A DNA stretch of 22,215 nucleotides from a virus: the UHGV virus genome UHGV-0087471; one strand, 5' to 3'. The notes beneath the pieces are model-generated. The model saw only the letters and a list, made by a program, of their open reading frames with translations. It was not told the DNA's origin and did no database searches. The first letter of the stretch is position 1, and the number at the start of each line of letters is the position of its first letter. Shown in pieces: positions 18,413-22,215 of the stretch. The translations under genes were made by a program, and so were the position numbers.

Positions 18413-18600
18413 GACTGTTATCCTACACATAACGGTTTTTGGTTAGGCCATAGCAAGTGCTCGCAACATTTGTTATGGCCGTTTCTTTGGCCCTTTCCCT
18501 GTGATAAGGTATAGACCTAACAAGTAAACACTAAGCCATAGGTCTATACATGTCAACTATCTTGAGAGATAAAAGCCAAAAAGGGGCAGGGAAAGCCCCC

Positions 18601-18741
18601 ATGTTTAACGTTAGAATATCGCCAGATTTGAAAGAACAGTTTGAAATACAAGCAAAAAAAGAAGGTGTTAGCTTGGGAAACTGGCTCAAGGAACTTGGCA
18701 GGGCGGAACTAAAACGTAAGGGGATCGAGCCGAAAGGGTGA
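18601..18741 (+). CDS. Small ribbon-helix-helix (Arc/MetJ/CopG-like) regulator (46 aa)
   Basis: MFNVRISPDLKEQFEIQAKKEGVSLGNWLKELGRAEL fits a beta-strand/helix/Gly/helix RHH pattern; divergent from the minus-strand cluster; ATG 18601 preferred (GGGA upstream) over ORF start 18550. Confidence 0.4.
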   Translation: MFNVRISPDLKEQFEIQAKKEGVSLGNWLKELGRAELKRKGIEPKG

Positions 18742-18767
18742 TGTTTTAGTCTCCCTGTGTTTGATTA

Positions 18768-19601
18768 AAAGCGAAATCGCTTTCACATTTAAAGTTCAAG
18801 ATAGCCAATGCCATCACCAAAGCGGACAGCGCTGTCCGCTTTTCATCAGTAAAAACCACATATTTACGCCAAAACGCTCAACGTTGAGCGCTACGTACCC
18901 CGGCAAAAGCGCAAGCGTCTGCGCTTTTGGTAACAAGCAATCAGCATTTAAATGCGGACAACGTTGACCGTTTTGAGGAATCAATGTCGGCTGAGCAAAA
19001 ACGACAACGTTGTCGTTTTTAAAACGGCAAGCGCTTACCGTTTCAGATTATCGAGGCGGTAAGAGTTTACCGTTTGGTGTCAATTATGTTCAATAAGCGA
19101 AAACGTTTTCGCATTTTCTCACCTAACGCGGCAAACCTTCTTTGTCCTAGATGGAAAAACGACAGCGCTGTCGTTTCTAATCCGGGGTTCCAAACCGCTC
19201 AGCGCTGAGCGGTTCTGTGGCTTTCTTACAATCCAAATCCGCCAACGTTGGCAGATTTGCAAATATCACATATGATTGATGGTCCCGAATCACAAATGTC
19301 CCAGCGCGGGGATATTTCAAGTAGTTCAATCATTTCATGCGCTGGCAGTCATCTCCAAAACTGCGAACGCCTGCCCTTTCAGTACAGTTTGGTAATATAT
19401 ATTGGTAAGCTTTACTTGTAGAAATATAAAACTCCAAAAGCGCCAGCGCTGGCGCTTTGTAAGGCCAGCAATATCATTCCCAGCGCTGGAATACTAAAAG
19501 GCGGATTCCTGCATCTTAATTTGAGATGGAATCTCATGGCAATCCAGTGTTAACGTAGGGTTTTAGCCAGTACTCACGACTTGAATATGCCAGCGCTGGC
19601 A
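18768..19601. repeat. Array of about 17 short perfect or near-perfect palindromes (14-24 bp) centred on AGCGCT or AACGTT
   Basis: Perfect palindromes at 18819..18842, 18875..18890, 18997..19020, 19097..19112, 19157..19176, 19193..19214, 19437..19458, 19588..19601; imperfect ones between them; one more of the same family at 21106..21129 beyond the IS903 copy. Confidence 0.6.
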
Positions 19602-19823
19602 CATTTGAAGTCTGGTAACATCAATAATCTAATGACACCTGATGTAATTTTGAACCCTGAACTGGAATCAACCCCAAATTTAATGGCAACAGCTATCAGC
19701 CAGATTACTGATGAACGTGACCTGCTGAACCAATTACTTGACCAAGCACAGATGGCCGATGCATTCGAGCAATTTTCCCGAACGGTTCGGACTTCTAAAC
19801 TGGCTTTTGTGAAGGAAAACAAG

Positions 19824-20880
19824 GGCTTTGTTGAATAAATCAGATTTCGGGTAAGTCTCCCCCGTAGCGGGTTGTGTTTTCAGGCAATACGCACGCTTTC
19901 AGGCATACCTGCTTTCGTCATTTTGTTCAGCGCTCGTACCAGGGCCATAGCCTCTGCAACCTGACCATCGTAGTCACGCAGTGTCAGTGAACCTCCGAAC
20001 AGCTGTTTTACCCGGTACATCGCCGTTTCCGCTATCGAGCGACGGTTATAATCTGTTGTCCATTTCCACCGCGCATTACTCCCGGTCAGCCGCTGATTCG
20101 CAACAGCACGGTTACGGTCTGCATATTCACCGGGCCAGTAACCCGCGCCTTTTCGGGGCGGGATAAGCGCGCTGATTTTCTTACGCCGCAGTTCATCGTG
20201 ACAGAGCCGGGTGTCGTAAGCGCCGTCTGCCGATGCTGCCCTGATTTTTCTGTGAGTCTGCCGGATAAGACCCGGGAAGGCTTCTGAGTCCGTCACATTG
20301 TTCAGCGACAGGTCTGCACAGATGATTTCATGTGTTTTGCTGTCAACTGCCAGATGCAACTTTCGCCATATACGACGGCGTTCTTTGCCGTGTTTTTTGA
20401 CTTTCCATTCGCCTTCACCAAAGACCTTCAGCCCGGTGGAATCAATCACCAGATGCGCGATTTCACCTCGGGTGAACGTTTTGAAACTGACATTAACCGA
20501 CTTTGCGCGCTTGCTGACACTGGTGTAATCCGGGCAGCGCAACGGAACATTCATCAGTGTAAAAATGGAATCAATAAAACCCTGTGCAGCCCGCAGGGTC
20601 AACCTGAACACGCGTTTAATGACCAGAACGGTGGTGATGGCGAGATCAGAATAGCGCTGAGGTCTTCCCCGTGATGAAGGCGTTGCCGACTCATACCAGG
20701 CCTGAATAGCTTCATCATCCAGCCAGAAAGTTATGGAGCCACGGTTGATGAGGGCTTTATTGTAGGTGGGCCAGTTGGTGATTTTGAACTTTTGCTTTGC
20801 CACGGAACGGTCTGCGTTGTCGGGAAGATGCGTGATCTGATCCTTCAACTCAGCAAAAGTTCGATTTATTCAACAAAGCC
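19824..20880 (-). mobile_element. IS903 (IS5 family), complete 1057-bp copy
   Basis: 18-bp terminal inverted repeats GGCTTTGTTGAATAAATC at 19824..19841 and 20863..20880; ends match remembered IS903 sequence; 9-bp direct target duplication GAAAACAAG at 19815..19823 and 20881..20889. Confidence 0.92.
19880..20803 (-). CDS. IS903 transposase (DDE, IS5 family; 307 aa if started at GTG 20803)
   Basis: Translation matches IS903 transposase as I recall it (VAKQKFKITNW...). The longest ORF extends 15 codons further to 20848; the GTG start is chosen to match the commonly annotated 307-aa product. Confidence 0.85.
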   Translation of the reverse strand: MAKQKFKITNWPTYNKALINRGSITFWLDDEAIQAWYESATPSSRGRPQRYSDLAITTVLVIKRVFRLTLRAAQGFIDSIFTLMNVPLRCPDYTSVSKRAKSVNVSFKTFTRGEIAHLVIDSTGLKVFGEGEWKVKKHGKERRRIWRKLHLAVDSKTHEIICADLSLNNVTDSEAFPGLIRQTHRKIRAASADGAYDTRLCHDELRRKKISALIPPRKGAGYWPGEYADRNRAVANQRLTGSNARWKWTTDYNRRSIAETAMYRVKQLFGGSLTLRDYDGQVAEAMALVRALNKMTKAGMPESVRIA

Positions 20881-21876
20881 GAAAACAAGCTGTATCGCAA
20901 TCTAAAGGGTAAGAAGACACCGAACGGTTCGGAGTTTTCGGGTACATGGGATGAATTTTGTAATGTTCTTGGAATATCCGTTGATAAGGCAGATTTGGAT
21001 ATTGCCAACCTAAGAACCTTCGGCGAAAAAGCCCTCGAATCCATGCCTCGTATGGGGAGCGGCTATCGTGAACTTCGTCAGTTCCGCCGACTACAAGACT
21101 ATCAGAAAAGCGCCAACGTTGGCGCTTTTGGGAAAAGCCAAACAACCCTGCTATTCCGCTTCATGAAACACTTGAGGCATCACAAAACCAAATAGCATTA
21201 CACCAGTAACAGATCATTTCTCAGTTCGGAGATGGCCTGCTGTTTGATCTGTTGTGTAACGAAGAAAAAATTCGCAGTCATTTATCACGCAGCGCTGAAG
21301 AAATGCTGGAAGCTGGACAAGCGCTGGTTGTATCGCGTAATTGTTTGCTGCATGAAGAGTGGCTAAATTTTCTTTCCCCTTTAGATTTAGAGTGCTGTGT
21401 TGCTCAACGCATAGCACAAGCAGCCGTATAATTTTCAAATGTGTCGATGTCGACGTATTTGATCCATACTGTTGGCACCAAATTTAAATCATAGATGCGG
21501 GGCTGCGCGATATTGAGATTAAATCTGTCACAAAAATATTGGCCTGCGGCACGCGGATACTGGGAGCAAAGGAAGTTCGGGTGTGATAACCCAGACTGCC
21601 ATCACGTAAAGTACCTGACTAACTCATGCGGAATCATCCTTTTTGTTATGAACCCTGTTTCAGCAAACTCGATTCTAAGTTGCCAGGAAGGATGATTTTA
21701 ATGTCCCACTTATCTTTCATATAGCGGAAAAGAATTTCAGTTCTGTTCACCAGATCCCACGTTATCCCACTCCAATTCGTTATTTATCTCACGGATCACC
21801 ATTCATTTATCTCACGTCCCTTCATACATCGAGACAAGTTACGGACTTATACTTCTAAAGTACTCCATACATATCA

Positions 21877-21905
21877 CAAAATAAAAAGGCCGGCTAAACC
21901 GACCT
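21877..21905 (-). terminator. Intrinsic terminator of infA
   Basis: On minus strand GGUCGG-UUUAG-CCGGCC hairpin followed by UUUUUAUUUU, about 45 nt downstream of the infA stop. Confidence 0.5.
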
Positions 21906-21946
21906 TTTACTCATTCTTTCTCTTCGCCCATCAGGCGGTAAAACAA

Positions 21947-22168
<222 letters not shown>

Positions 22169-22215
22169 ATCCTCTGGGGTATCACTACCGTAATTTGAAC
22201 CGGCAAGATAATGCC

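Larger units (their letters stand above)
19581..21195 (+). pseudogene. ORF interrupted by IS903 insertion (reconstructs to about 183 aa in frame); function unknown
   Basis: Frame upstream of IS (19581..19823) and frame downstream (20890..21195) are continuous once IS903 and one copy of the 9-bp duplication GAAAACAAG are removed; the apparent stop at 19836..19838 is supplied by the IS terminal repeat. Confidence 0.5.
15479..21796. mobile_element. Inverted-repeat-bounded accessory insertion between serW and infA (non-autonomous element or degraded prophage/satellite; nature unresolved)
   Basis: Perfect 15-bp inverted repeat ATCCGTGAGATAAAT at 15479..15493 and its reverse complement at 21782..21796, each with a second related subterminal copy (15461..15473; 21804..21818); serW-infA gap is 6633 bp here versus about 250 bp as I recall it in K-12. 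Confidence 0.35.

Noticed and set aside
18761-18967. 68-aa + strand ORF inside the palindrome array
   Set aside because: Frame runs through several perfect palindromes and has no RBS; the region is better explained as non-coding repeats.
19880-20848. Longest transposase ORF (322 aa) in IS903
   Set aside because: The extra 15 N-terminal codons are not part of the IS903 transposase as I recall it; the GTG at 20803 gives the usual 307-aa product. The longer form cannot be fully excluded.

Overview
Enterobacterial (E. coli-like) chromosomal window with conserved core genes clpS-clpA, tRNA-Ser (serW) and infA, interrupted by two accessory regions. (1) Positions 1 to about 11.7 kb are the right-hand part of a phage-satellite-like island inserted upstream of clpS. 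It carries a replication module (P4-type primase/helicase, iteron array, SSB) and a complete head/packaging module (HK97-like major capsid, prohead protease, portal, gp6-like connector, HNH endonuclease, TerS, TerL) with no tail or lysis genes, which matches the capsid-forming PICI (cf-PICI) architecture; the integrase end lies outside the window. It also carries an AT-rich, opposite-strand cargo gene (4220..4726). (2) Between clpA and serW is a minimal orphan type I-F CRISPR (2 repeats, 1 spacer). (3) Between serW and infA is a roughly 6.4 kb insertion flanked by a perfect 15-bp inverted repeat (15479..15493 / 21782..21796). It contains a minus-strand operon (Mor-family activator-like protein, a possible prohead-protease-like protein, a coiled-coil protein), an upstream gene pair of unknown function, a small RHH regulator, a dense array of short palindromes centred on AGCGCT/AACGTT, and an ORF split by an IS903 copy with a 9-bp target-site duplication. 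This third region is the best candidate for an undescribed system. All functional calls are made by eye from the translations and sequence motifs; no database search was run.
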